Origin: Candidatus Microgenomatus sp. | Lineage (GTDB): Bacteria; Patescibacteriota; Microgenomatia; UBA8517 | Reading direction: 5' to 3' | Assembly: GCA_020724555.1 (NCBI GenBank) | Contig: DYGT01000002.1 | Span: 40,271-104,270, forward strand | Length of the DNA: 64,000 nt | Shown here: positions 1-9,677 of the stretch, one piece after another | How positions within the stretch are numbered: position 1 is the stretch's first letter | Layout of the letters: every line of letters starts with the position of its first letter | Position numbers and translations under genes: made by a program | Notes under the pieces: model-generated | What the model was told of the DNA's origin: nothing | Database searches by the model: none | What the model saw: only the letters and a program-made list of their open reading frames with translations

Positions 1-58
1 GGGGCTTTGTAAATGTAAGTAGGCAGACTTTTTTAAACATTTATAGTAGTATGAAGGG

Positions 59-2119
59 ATGGACAGTCTAGAAAAAAATATAAAACAAATCAAACCACGT
101 TCAATTCTGGATCCGGATATGCCTCAGATGAAAAAAATTGAGCCTAATACTGAAACTCAGGGCGAAACTAAAGATGATGAAGTTAAAAGTGCGACAGATG
201 TCTCAGTCAAAAAAAAGCGTTTTAATTTTGGGGGCTTTCGGACCAAAAAAAAGCTTATATTATCAGTTTTTGGCGTAATTTTTATATTCTTATTATTGTT
301 CATTATCCTTTTTGTTTGGCCTGTATGGGGAATTTATAAAAACGGTACACGAGTATATGCCCAAGCGCGCGCACTGCAAGCTTCTCTGGCCACACAAGAC
401 ATAAACTTAGTTGAAAGTGAAGTAAATAAGCTGGAAAGCGACCTTTTGGGTTTTGAAAAATCCTTCAGGCAAACCGCGTATATAAAATATATCCCCTGGC
501 TCGGTGGTTATTGGAAAGACGGTGAAGCTGCTATAAATGCGGGAAAGTACGGGTTGGATACGCTCCAAATTTCTCTTGAGACAATAAAGCCTTATGCTGA
601 TATTATAGGTTTTACAACTGGTAATGAGGCTGGCAGCGGAGAAGAGACAGCCAATGATAGGATAGATTTTATTGTCAAAACAATAGAAAGCGTTGTACCT
701 AAAATGGATGAAATATCCCAAAACGCGGTTAAAGCCCAGGCCGAAATCCAAAAAATTGACCCCAAGCGCTATCCTGAAACTTTTCGCGGCAAAGAAGTGA
801 GAAACAACCTGGAAAAAGCAATTTCCTTAAGCCGCGAAATAACAACAATGATCAGCCAGAGCAAACCTCTTATGGAAGCGGCTCCATATTTACTAGGTAT
901 AGACGAAGAGCGGACTTATCTCGTGCTTTTTCAAAACGACAAAGAGCTCCGGCCGACTGGCGGTTTTTTGACCGCTTATTCCATAATGACAGTTAACAAC
1001 GGAAAGTTTAATCAAGCTGTTTCAAGCGATATTTACCATCTTGACGATATTTATAATCCTCGGGTTGAGGCACCTGACCCGATAGTTGATTACCTGAAAG
1101 GCCCTTATGTGATTAATAACAATTACCGTTTGCGCGATATGAATTGGGATCCGGATTTCCGGACCAGCATGGAACTGTTTACAAAAGAAGTTGAAAGGGC
1201 CGGTATAGATGAAATCGACGGCGTGATCGCGGTAGATACACATGTGGTAGTTAATGTTTTGAATGTCATAGGCCCCATCGGGGTACCTGGCTTTGGGAAT
1301 TTTAGCACAGAAATTGACGAGCGCTGCGACTGTCCGCAAGTAATTTATGAGCTTGAAAGTTTTGCTGATGTAGAAGGCCCAATTGTATGGAGCGAGAACG
1401 AGCCCGGAAAAATTGTCTATGCGCCGGAAAATTACGAGAACAGGAAAAAAATCGTCGGACCTTTAATAAATTCTATTATCAGCAACGCCATGGGCCAGGA
1501 AAAGGAAAGGCTACCCGACCTGGTTATGGCGGGCTGGAAATCGATTAATGAAAAACACGTTTTGTTTTATATGTTTGATGAAAAGGCGCAGGCTGGTGTG
1601 GAATCATTTAATTTGGCCGGAAGAATAAAAGAAACGGATGGCGATTATTTGCATATAAATGACGCAAATTTGGGAGGGAGAAAATCAAATCTTTATGTAA
1701 CCGAGGAAGTAGAACAAAACATTCAAGTGACGGATGACGGGACAGTCACAAAAACGCTTACGCTTACGTATAAAAATTCTCAAGATTACGACGGTTGGCT
1801 TAATTCAGTACTTCCTAACTGGACAAGAGTTTATGTCCCGGAGGGATCTGAAATTTTAGATGTCGAAGGGTTCGAAGACCCGGGAGAGACTTATAGTGAA
1901 CACGGAAAAACGGTTATTTCCGGGGGGTTTGAGCTTCGTCCCCAAGGAGTTAAAAAAATAATAATTACGTATAAACTTCCTTTTAAGGTAGAAGACAAGT
2001 ACAAACTTTTGATACAAAAACAACCGGGGAAAGACAAGCCGCTTTATACGATTAATATCGGCAAAAACAGCGAAGAGCTCTTCCTTAACGCCGATACTTC
2101 ATTTGAATTTAGCCTGTAG
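59..2119 (+). CDS. DUF4012 domain-containing membrane-anchored protein
   Basis: One N-terminal TM helix, a long helical region, then YLVLFQNDKELRPTGGF, LRDMNWDPDF and IDGVIAVD motifs typical of DUF4012. Confidence 0.8.
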   Translation: MDSLEKNIKQIKPRSILDPDMPQMKKIEPNTETQGETKDDEVKSATDVSVKKKRFNFGGFRTKKKLILSVFGVIFIFLLLFIILFVWPVWGIYKNGTRVYAQARALQASLATQDINLVESEVNKLESDLLGFEKSFRQTAYIKYIPWLGGYWKDGEAAINAGKYGLDTLQISLETIKPYADIIGFTTGNEAGSGEETANDRIDFIVKTIESVVPKMDEISQNAVKAQAEIQKIDPKRYPETFRGKEVRNNLEKAISLSREITTMISQSKPLMEAAPYLLGIDEERTYLVLFQNDKELRPTGGFLTAYSIMTVNNGKFNQAVSSDIYHLDDIYNPRVEAPDPIVDYLKGPYVINNNYRLRDMNWDPDFRTSMELFTKEVERAGIDEIDGVIAVDTHVVVNVLNVIGPIGVPGFGNFSTEIDERCDCPQVIYELESFADVEGPIVWSENEPGKIVYAPENYENRKKIVGPLINSIISNAMGQEKERLPDLVMAGWKSINEKHVLFYMFDEKAQAGVESFNLAGRIKETDGDYLHINDANLGGRKSNLYVTEEVEQNIQVTDDGTVTKTLTLTYKNSQDYDGWLNSVLPNWTRVYVPEGSEILDVEGFEDPGETYSEHGKTVISGGFELRPQGVKKIIITYKLPFKVEDKYKLLIQKQPGKDKPLYTINIGKNSEELFLNADTSFEFSL

Positions 2120-2143
2120 AGATTTTTAGGTATAATTAACTTT

Positions 2144-2683
2144 ATGTACCAGATCAAATCCCGGGCGTTTGTTTTAAAAAAGGTAAATTATTCCGAAACC
2201 GACCGGGTTGTGACACTTTTAACTAAAAATAAAGGAAAGATGCCTTTTATTGCAAAAGGCGTACGCCGGCCAAAAAGTAAAAAAAGGGGGCATCTGGAAA
2301 TATTTAATTTAATAGAATTTTCGGGAAGCATTAAAAACGGGAAGATGGGGTATCTGAGTGAAGTAACTACCGTCAGGAGTTTTCCTTCTATTAAAACGAG
2401 CTTAGGAAAAATAGCATTAGCATATTATTTTATGGAGGTTGTCGGTCGTGTAAGCCAACATGAAGATGCCAGTGAGGATCTGTTTAAACTCGTGGGAAAA
2501 TATTTAGCTAAACTGGAAAAAACAAACAGGCTTAAGCTTTTAAGGGAAGAGTTTATTTATGATTTGTTGGTATTAATCGGTTTTTGGCCGAAAGGCATTG
2601 AAATGCAAGACCCAGACGAAGTGCTTGAGGAGGTATTGGAGCGTAAATTAAGTTCACTCCGGGTTGGAAAAAGACTTTTGTAA
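2144..2683 (+). CDS. recO: DNA repair protein RecO (short form)
   Basis: YSETDRVVTLLTKNKGK and AKGVRRPKSK N-terminal RecO motifs; 179 aa with no Cys zinc finger. Confidence 0.9.
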   Translation: MYQIKSRAFVLKKVNYSETDRVVTLLTKNKGKMPFIAKGVRRPKSKKRGHLEIFNLIEFSGSIKNGKMGYLSEVTTVRSFPSIKTSLGKIALAYYFMEVVGRVSQHEDASEDLFKLVGKYLAKLEKTNRLKLLREEFIYDLLVLIGFWPKGIEMQDPDEVLEEVLERKLSSLRVGKRLL

Positions 2684-2727
2684 GGCGCTTCTTTTTAAAT
2701 TTAAATTCACATCGTATAATCAAATAT

Positions 2728-4110
2728 ATGGATTTAATGGACAAAGTTGTTTCTTTGGCAAAGCGCCGTGGATTTGTTTATCCGGGCTCTGAGATTTATG
2801 GCGGGCTGGCCAACACCTACGATTACGGACCAATGGGAGCAGAGCTTCTGCGAAATATTAAAAATGCCTGGTGGAAATATTTCGTCCATGGAAATGAGGA
2901 AATTATTGGACTGGACTCCAATATATTAATGAGCCCAAAAGTGTGGGAGGCTTCGGGACACACGGCAAATTTTACCGATACACTCATAGATTGTAAATCC
3001 TGCCAAAACAGGACACGGGCAGACCACATAATCGAAGATTTTTATGCCCAAAAGGGCAAAGAAATAAAAGTGGAAGGCCTAAGCCTATCCGAGCAAAAAA
3101 AACTAATAGATGACAATAAAATTAAATGCCCGGTTTGCGGTGAATTTAATTGGACCGAACCACGAAATTTTAATATTTTATTTGAAACTCATATTGGTAT
3201 CATCCCGGAAGAAAAATCTCTTGCGTATTTACGCGGTGAAATTGCCCAGGGAATGTTTGTTAATTTTAAAAACATACTGGACTCGATGTCGCCCAAACTT
3301 CCTTTTGGTTTGGCACAATCCGGTGCGGCTTTCCGAAATGAGATCACCCTCGGGCGCTTTATTTATAGAACCCTTCAATTTAATTTAAGTGAATTTGAAT
3401 ATTTTTTTGACCCTGAAACAGATGAGTGGAGAAGTGTATATGATAAGTGGCGCGAAGCTATGTGGGATTGGTCCACAAACATCCTTGGTTTAAACCCCCA
3501 AAAGCTTCGTTGGCGTGAGCACACGGAAAATGAGCGTTCACATTACAGCATGCGCACGGAAGACCTTGAATATGAGTTTCCTTTTGGCTTTAAGGAATTG
3601 TACGGTTTGGCTTATAGAACCGACTATGACCTTACAAATCACATGGAAAAATCCGGAGTGGACCTTCGTTATACCGATCCGCAAACGGGCCGCAAGTTTA
3701 TTCCCCACGTTATCGAGCCCACATTCGGCATGGATAGAAGTTTATTGGCAACTTTATTGGACGCATATCATGAGGAAAGCGACGGAAAAATCTCCCTTAA
3801 ACTTAAACCCACGCTTGCACCTTACCGTGTTGCTGTTTTTCCCCTTTTGGCAAACAAACCGGATCTGGTTAACAAAGCGCGTTTAGTCTATGACAAATTG
3901 CGCCGTTTTTATAATACAGCTTGGGACAACCGTGGAAATATTGGTAAGCGCTATGCAGCCCAAGACGAAATAGGGACACCATATTGTGTAACTGTTGACT
4001 TTGAAACGCTCGAAAACGGGACAGTTACCGTGCGGGACCGCGACACAAAAGCCCAAAGTAGGGTTGCTATTGACAATCTCTTGAATTATCTGAAAAATAA
4101 AGAAAGTTAA
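2728..4110 (+). CDS. glyQS: Glycine--tRNA ligase, homodimeric alpha2 type
   Basis: KRRGFVYPGSEIYGG, AFRNEIT, PHVIEPTFG and GNIGKRYAAQDEIGTPYC motifs. Confidence 0.95.
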   Translation: MDLMDKVVSLAKRRGFVYPGSEIYGGLANTYDYGPMGAELLRNIKNAWWKYFVHGNEEIIGLDSNILMSPKVWEASGHTANFTDTLIDCKSCQNRTRADHIIEDFYAQKGKEIKVEGLSLSEQKKLIDDNKIKCPVCGEFNWTEPRNFNILFETHIGIIPEEKSLAYLRGEIAQGMFVNFKNILDSMSPKLPFGLAQSGAAFRNEITLGRFIYRTLQFNLSEFEYFFDPETDEWRSVYDKWREAMWDWSTNILGLNPQKLRWREHTENERSHYSMRTEDLEYEFPFGFKELYGLAYRTDYDLTNHMEKSGVDLRYTDPQTGRKFIPHVIEPTFGMDRSLLATLLDAYHEESDGKISLKLKPTLAPYRVAVFPLLANKPDLVNKARLVYDKLRRFYNTAWDNRGNIGKRYAAQDEIGTPYCVTVDFETLENGTVTVRDRDTKAQSRVAIDNLLNYLKNKES

Positions 4111-4827
4111 ATGAAAAAATATTTGCCGGTTGTTATATTTGTCCTTGGTGCGCTAATCCTTGCGGGAGGATTTTTTTTCCTTCGCGGCAACGACGACAAC
4201 CCTGAACAAGAAGAAGACGAAGAAGCTGTAGCTGAAATACCCTTTGAGCAAAGACCGGTTGTGAGTCTTACCCCAACAGAAGACGGACATTATTTGATCA
4301 TGAGGATGAATAATCTTGGGCTAAAGGCTAAGACTCTGGATTATGAAATATTATATGATACCGCCGATGGAATCACTCAAGGAGTGCCCGGAACGGCCCA
4401 GCTAAACGGGTCAGAAGTTGAGCGGGATATACTTCTCGGGTCTGAATCTTCCGGTAAATTCCGTTATGACGAAGGCGTGGAGAAAGGTACCATAACGCTT
4501 CGCTTTAGAGATGACAAAGGAAAATTAGTTGGTAAATTAACCACCGAATGGCACCTCCAAACTAACACCGATAAACTAACAAGTAGTGACGGCAAGTTTA
4601 CCTTTAGCTTAAGCGATGAATCGGACGCTTGGTTTGTAACAATGAATACGTTTGGGGCTCCGGATGGCCTGACCGGGCAGCCGGCAAGCGGTCCCTATGG
4701 GGTATTTAGTTCGAGTAAGTCAATTATGGGCACCCCTGAAATGCCCGGAAGTATTCGTTACTACGACGGCAGCCGTTGGAATGAAGTGGAGGGAGAAACT
4801 TCTACCGGAATTTTTGTAGCAGAATAA
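4111..4827 (+). CDS. Hypothetical membrane-anchored protein
   Basis: N-terminal hydrophobic helix, acidic linker, beta-rich body; starts right after the glyQS stop. Confidence 0.75.
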   Translation: MKKYLPVVIFVLGALILAGGFFFLRGNDDNPEQEEDEEAVAEIPFEQRPVVSLTPTEDGHYLIMRMNNLGLKAKTLDYEILYDTADGITQGVPGTAQLNGSEVERDILLGSESSGKFRYDEGVEKGTITLRFRDDKGKLVGKLTTEWHLQTNTDKLTSSDGKFTFSLSDESDAWFVTMNTFGAPDGLTGQPASGPYGVFSSSKSIMGTPEMPGSIRYYDGSRWNEVEGETSTGIFVAE

Positions 4828-4889
4828 TTACTTCAATTATTTTACTAAATTAGCCTTATTGTGAAATAAATTTTTGGGTCTTATTGGTC

Positions 4890-4942
4890 TTGACATGGCC
4901 GTGAAAATATATCAAAATGGTGTTATCTGGTGAAAAATGGTG
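4890..4942 (+). promoter_or_regulatory. dcw promoter with three MraZ-binding (DCW box-like) repeats
   Basis: TTGACA (4890)-17 nt-CAAAAT (4913); TGGTG at 4918, 4928 and 4938, an exact 10-bp period, just upstream of mraZ. Confidence 0.75.
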
Positions 4943-4946
4943 AATA

Positions 4947-5387
4947 ATGATAATAGGAAACTTTGAATCAAAATTAACAGAAAACAGAAGAGTCGCCATA
5001 CCAAAAAAATTTCGCCGGGAAATTGGGAATAAGTTTGTAGTTGCACGTTGGTATGAAAATTGTCTGGTACTTATAGGGCACAATAAATGGAACGAGCTAG
5101 TGGCTAGGCTAACCGGAAAGAGTGAGATACTAACAGCACCCGTAAGAGATACGGACCGTTTTATTTTAGGATCTGCGTTTGAGCTTGAGGCCGACGCCCA
5201 AGGTCGGGTTTTGCTACCCGAGAACCTGGTAAATTATGCCGGACTTTCCCATGAGGTTTTATTTATCGGCCTAGGTGACAGGGTAGAAATATGGGATAAG
5301 ATGGCCTGGCAAAAAAGAGAAAGTTACGTCGCAGTTAACGCCGCCAAAATGGTGGAGAAAATAGCAAGTGATAAAAGACTTAAGTGA
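4947..5387 (+). CDS. mraZ: Division/cell wall cluster repressor MraZ
   Basis: RVAIPKKFR, DAQGRVLLP and GLGDRVEIWD motifs; first gene of the dcw cluster. Confidence 0.95.
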   Translation: MIIGNFESKLTENRRVAIPKKFRREIGNKFVVARWYENCLVLIGHNKWNELVARLTGKSEILTAPVRDTDRFILGSAFELEADAQGRVLLPENLVNYAGLSHEVLFIGLGDRVEIWDKMAWQKRESYVAVNAAKMVEKIASDKRLK

Positions 5388-6246
5388 AATCCATAAACCA
5401 GTATTGGTATACGAAATATTGGATATTTTGCACATTACACCTGAAGACAAAATTATAGACGCCACTTTAGGGGCAGGCGGACATACGCTGGAATTTTTAA
5501 AAAAAGGGGCAAAAACGCTTTCATTGGAAACCGACCCTAAAATGCTTAAACTGGCGCGTAAACGTATAGGAGACAGTGAAGCAATTTTGGAGCACGCCAA
5601 TTTCATTCACATTAAAGAAATAGCGCATAAATACGGTTTTTCTCCCGTAAAAGGCATTTTGTTTGACCTTGGGATCTCGAGTTTCCATTTAGACGAAGAT
5701 GAACGCGGCTTTTCCTTTAAAAACGAAAACGCGCCGTTGGATATGAGGCTTGACCCAGGGAATATGGAGGTCAAGGCATCGACCTTACTTAATGTTTTAA
5801 GAGAAGACCAGTTAAAAGAAATGTTTATGGTAAGCATGCCGCCGGCAAGTGCCAAAAAATTGGCTCAAAAAATTTGTGAGAAAAGAAAGAATAAAAATTT
5901 TTCGAAAATGGGGGATCTGACTGCTCTTTTTGCTAAGCGTAAACCAGGTAAAATTCACCCTGCTACAAGAGCAATAATGGCCCTTCGAATAGCAGTAAAC
6001 AGCGAATTGGAAAATCTTACTGTTGCGCTTGACCGGTCTTTTGATTTACTTGGCCCAAAGGGAAAAATCGTGGTTATTAGTTTTCACTCAGGTGAAGATA
6101 GGATTGTAAAGAATAGGTTTAAATCTTGGGAAAAACTTGGTTGGGGTCTGGGGCAAGGGCCCATTAAACCAAGCGAGGATGAGCGGGTACAAAACCCGCG
6201 TTCGAGAAGCGCAGTGATGCGCGTTTTTGAAAAAAATTTTAGTTGA
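5368..6246 (+). CDS. rsmH: 16S rRNA m4C1402 methyltransferase RsmH
   Basis: HKPVL, DATLGAGGH, DLGISS, ISFHSGEDRIVK and NPRSRSA motifs. Confidence 0.96.
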   Translation: MIKDLSEIHKPVLVYEILDILHITPEDKIIDATLGAGGHTLEFLKKGAKTLSLETDPKMLKLARKRIGDSEAILEHANFIHIKEIAHKYGFSPVKGILFDLGISSFHLDEDERGFSFKNENAPLDMRLDPGNMEVKASTLLNVLREDQLKEMFMVSMPPASAKKLAQKICEKRKNKNFSKMGDLTALFAKRKPGKIHPATRAIMALRIAVNSELENLTVALDRSFDLLGPKGKIVVISFHSGEDRIVKNRFKSWEKLGWGLGQGPIKPSEDERVQNPRSRSAVMRVFEKNFS

Positions 6247-6250
6247 TACA

Positions 6251-6544
6251 ATGAAAAACAAATTAGTTACCAGAGGGCTGGTGTTCCCACTAGCCGGTAT
6301 TATTATGATGGTTATAGCCATCGTGGTCGTAAGTATCAAGGCGGCTTCGCTTGGTACTGAACTTATACAAATAGAAAAACAAATAAGACTGGTTGAGGCT
6401 GAAAACAGAAAAATTATGGCCCAAACCGTAGAAGGTACATCCCTGACGCGCATCAATCAAAAAGCCCTTGATCTTGGTATGATAAAAGCAAGCGAAGTGT
6501 ATTTTCTGGGACAGGAAACAAGCCAAGTTGCCCAGCTTCCTTAA
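6251..6544 (+). CDS. ftsL: FtsL-like cell division protein
   Basis: TM helix plus coiled coil ending in KALDLGM, lying between rsmH and ftsI; ATG at 6251 chosen. Confidence 0.65.
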   Translation: MKNKLVTRGLVFPLAGIIMMVIAIVVVSIKAASLGTELIQIEKQIRLVEAENRKIMAQTVEGTSLTRINQKALDLGMIKASEVYFLGQETSQVAQLP

Positions 6545-6545
6545 C

Positions 6546-8267
6546 ATGAGAAATAGACTTAGATTTATAAGTGTCTTTTTTTTATTAGGATCCATTGCTA
6601 TTGTTGCCAGACTGTTTTATTGGCAGATAATTAAAACCGGTGAATTAACCCAGCAAGCTCGCGCACAACAAATAACAAATCAAAAATTAGATGCCCAACG
6701 CGGAAGTATCCTTGCTAAGGATGGCACCTGGATGGTTTCAAGCGTTGACGCTTGGCGGGTTTATGCATCTTTGCCTGAACTTACTAAAGACCCCAAAACT
6801 CTGGCTAATATTTTAGCTCCAATTTTGGTAGATTCACCCAAAGAGGGTGAAGACCCCGAGCAGTTACTCAGAAACGAAACTGTGCGTCTTGAAAATTTAT
6901 TAAACAGAGAAGGTGTATGGGTTGCTTTAAAAAATCAAATTAGCCAGGAGAAAAAAGAGAAAATCGAAAAATTGGACATACCCGGAATCGGACTTGAGCT
7001 TCAGGAAAGCCGCATTTACCCCGAAGGAAGCTCAAGTGCACATCTTTTGGGGTTTGTAGGGCAAGACGAAGAAGGTATGAGCAAAGGATATTTTGGTTTG
7101 GAAGGCTTTTATGACCTGACTCTTGCCGGCGAACCTGGTTTTTGGCAACGGGAAGCAAACGCTTTGGGCGTGCCCCTAATCGGCGGTCTTTCCCGCCAAA
7201 AAGAAGCGACGCGTGGGGTGGACTTGGTAACCCACATCGATAAAACAATTCAAATTATAGCCGAGCAAAAACTGAAGGAGGGGATGGAAGTTTACGGTGC
7301 AATACAGGGCACTGTCATTGTTTTGAGGCCGAAAGACGGAGCGGTTTTGGCTATGGCGGCTTTGCCGGCATTTGACCCGGCGAAATTTGTAGATTATGGA
7401 AATGATTTATTTAAAAATCCGGCTATATCTGATTCGTTTGAGCCCGGGTCTGTATTTAAACCCATAATTATGGCAGCAGCACTTGATGCGGGTGTGGTCA
7501 AGCCAGATACAAAATGCGATATTTGCGGGGGGCCCCTAACCATAGGCAAATACCAAATTCGGACTTGGGACAATAATTATTTTGAAAATTCGACAATGGC
7601 TGAAGTCATTATGCATTCAGACAACGTTGGCATGTCTTTTGTCGGGCAAAAACTTGGTAAAGAGCGAGTCATTGATTACCTTAAAAAATTCGGCTTAGGT
7701 GAAACGACTGGCATTGATCTTCAAGGAGAAGCAAGGCCACCACTTAGGGATGAAGATGATTGGGGAGACATTGATGTGGCAACCTCTACTTTTGGTCAGG
7801 GCATAGCGGTAACACCCATTCAAATGGTTTCAATGATTAATACCATTGCCCGCGGAGGAGTAAAAGTTACGCCGCAAGTGGTAGATAAGCTAAAAATTGA
7901 TGGCTGGGAAGAAGATATCCTCCCCAAAGAAGGCGAGCGGGTGATTAGTGAAAAAGCTGCCCGCGAGATGACGGAAATGATGGTTTTGGCAGCTTCCCAG
8001 GGTGAGGCTAAATGGGCGATTCCCAAAGGTTTTAAAATAGCCGGAAAAACCGGAACAGCACAAATACCTGTATCCGGCCATTATGATACAGACAAGACAA
8101 TCGCCAGCTTTGTTGGCTTTGCGCCACCCGTAAACCCGAAATTTGTCATGCTTGTAACTTTGCGCGAGCCACAAAGCTCTCCATGGGCCAGTGAAACTGC
8201 AGCGCCTTTGTGGTTTAGCATTGCGCGTGAACTATTTACTCATATGGGTATCCAACCAATGTATTAG
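6546..8267 (+). CDS. ftsI: Class B penicillin-binding protein (FtsI-like transpeptidase)
   Basis: RGSI, RIYPEG, GLEG, catalytic SVFK, SDN and KTGT motifs. Confidence 0.92.
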   Translation: MRNRLRFISVFFLLGSIAIVARLFYWQIIKTGELTQQARAQQITNQKLDAQRGSILAKDGTWMVSSVDAWRVYASLPELTKDPKTLANILAPILVDSPKEGEDPEQLLRNETVRLENLLNREGVWVALKNQISQEKKEKIEKLDIPGIGLELQESRIYPEGSSSAHLLGFVGQDEEGMSKGYFGLEGFYDLTLAGEPGFWQREANALGVPLIGGLSRQKEATRGVDLVTHIDKTIQIIAEQKLKEGMEVYGAIQGTVIVLRPKDGAVLAMAALPAFDPAKFVDYGNDLFKNPAISDSFEPGSVFKPIIMAAALDAGVVKPDTKCDICGGPLTIGKYQIRTWDNNYFENSTMAEVIMHSDNVGMSFVGQKLGKERVIDYLKKFGLGETTGIDLQGEARPPLRDEDDWGDIDVATSTFGQGIAVTPIQMVSMINTIARGGVKVTPQVVDKLKIDGWEEDILPKEGERVISEKAAREMTEMMVLAASQGEAKWAIPKGFKIAGKTGTAQIPVSGHYDTDKTIASFVGFAPPVNPKFVMLVTLREPQSSPWASETAAPLWFSIARELFTHMGIQPMY

Positions 8268-8346
8268 TCTGGTTCCAAGTCACCTTTATAATTTCTGACA
8301 CAGCTTGTTTTTCATTGATATAATATCACTACTGCAGCAGTTTTTT

Positions 8347-9645
8347 ATGGATATTAAAATTCAAGGTGGGAAGTCAATAAAAGGGGAAGTTGAAACTCAT
8401 GGCGCGAAAAACTGTGTAACGAAGGAGTTGGTCGCTTCGCTCTTGACTAGTAGTGAATGTGTGTTGGAGAACGTTCCTGATATAATTGATGTTTCATTAA
8501 CGCTTGACATGATTACTGCGTTGGGTGGAAAGGTTGAGAGGAAAGACAGGTCGTGCGTTGTTAGGACTTCAAACATTAAGTTAATGAAAAGGAGTGAAAT
8601 TGATAGCTTTTCTGGTAAAAGTAGAGTACCGATTCTTTTGTGTGGTCCACTGCTGGCTCGACTCGGAGAAGTGTTTGTGCCTAGCTTGGGCGGATGTAAT
8701 ATAGGTCCTAGGCCGATTGATTTTCATATTAATGCATTGAAAAGTTTGGGAGCTATAGTTGAGGAGAATGAAGATGGTTTATATTTAAAGGCTGATGGGC
8801 TTATGGGTGCTAAAATTGCTTTGGATTACCCAAGCGTGGGAGCTACTGAGCAGGTGTTGCTTTCTTCCGTATTGGCGAAGGGCAAGACTGTTCTTAGCAA
8901 TGCTGCGGTTGAGCCGGAGATTATTGACCTTGTTTCCTTACTTCAGAAAATGGGGGCGGAGATCTCTGTTGATACAGATAGACAAATAACGATTGTTGGA
9001 GTTGAGAAATTGCATGGGTATCGTCATGTTGCTATGCCGGATCGTTTGGAAGCCGTTTCCTGGGCATGTGCTGCTATTGCAACCGGGGGCGAGGTCTTAG
9101 TTAAGGATGCCAGGCAAAAAGACATGATCACTTTTTTGAATAAATACAGACAAATAGGAGGAGGTTTTGAGGTGAGGGATAATGGCATAAAGTTTTGGAG
9201 GGAGACAGACATAGTTAAACCTGTGTTTATTGAAACTGATGTTCACCCCGGGTTTATGACTGATTGGCAGCAGCCGTTTGTTGTCGTTCTTACGCAGGCT
9301 GACGGGGTGTCTATTGTGCACGAAACGGTTTATGAGAACAGATTTGGTTTTACTGAAACTTTAAACAAGATGGGGGCAAAGATTCAGCTTTATAGGGATT
9401 GCCTTGGTGGCATGAGTTGTCGGTTTGGTCAGCGGAACTACCTGCATAGTGCAGTGATAGTAGGGCGAACACCACTCAAAGCCGGAAAAATTGTAGTCCC
9501 AGACCTTCGTGCGGGTTTTTCTTATATAATTGCAGCATTGATAGCTAAGGGTGTCTCTCAAATACAAAACATCAATATTATTGAGCGAGGTTATGAAGAT
9601 TTTGTTGGTAAGTTAACTTCCTTGGGTGTAGATGTATGTTCTTAG
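8347..9645 (+). CDS. murA: UDP-N-acetylglucosamine 1-carboxyvinyltransferase
   Basis: GAKN, LGGCNIGPRPIDFH (active-site Cys), SVGATE, PGFMTD and PDLRAG motifs; own TGaTATAAT promoter at 8316-8324. Confidence 0.96.
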   Translation: MDIKIQGGKSIKGEVETHGAKNCVTKELVASLLTSSECVLENVPDIIDVSLTLDMITALGGKVERKDRSCVVRTSNIKLMKRSEIDSFSGKSRVPILLCGPLLARLGEVFVPSLGGCNIGPRPIDFHINALKSLGAIVEENEDGLYLKADGLMGAKIALDYPSVGATEQVLLSSVLAKGKTVLSNAAVEPEIIDLVSLLQKMGAEISVDTDRQITIVGVEKLHGYRHVAMPDRLEAVSWACAAIATGGEVLVKDARQKDMITFLNKYRQIGGGFEVRDNGIKFWRETDIVKPVFIETDVHPGFMTDWQQPFVVVLTQADGVSIVHETVYENRFGFTETLNKMGAKIQLYRDCLGGMSCRFGQRNYLHSAVIVGRTPLKAGKIVVPDLRAGFSYIIAALIAKGVSQIQNINIIERGYEDFVGKLTSLGVDVCS

Positions 9646-9677
9646 TAGTCCGGATGAATTATGAAGAAAGATGCTGG

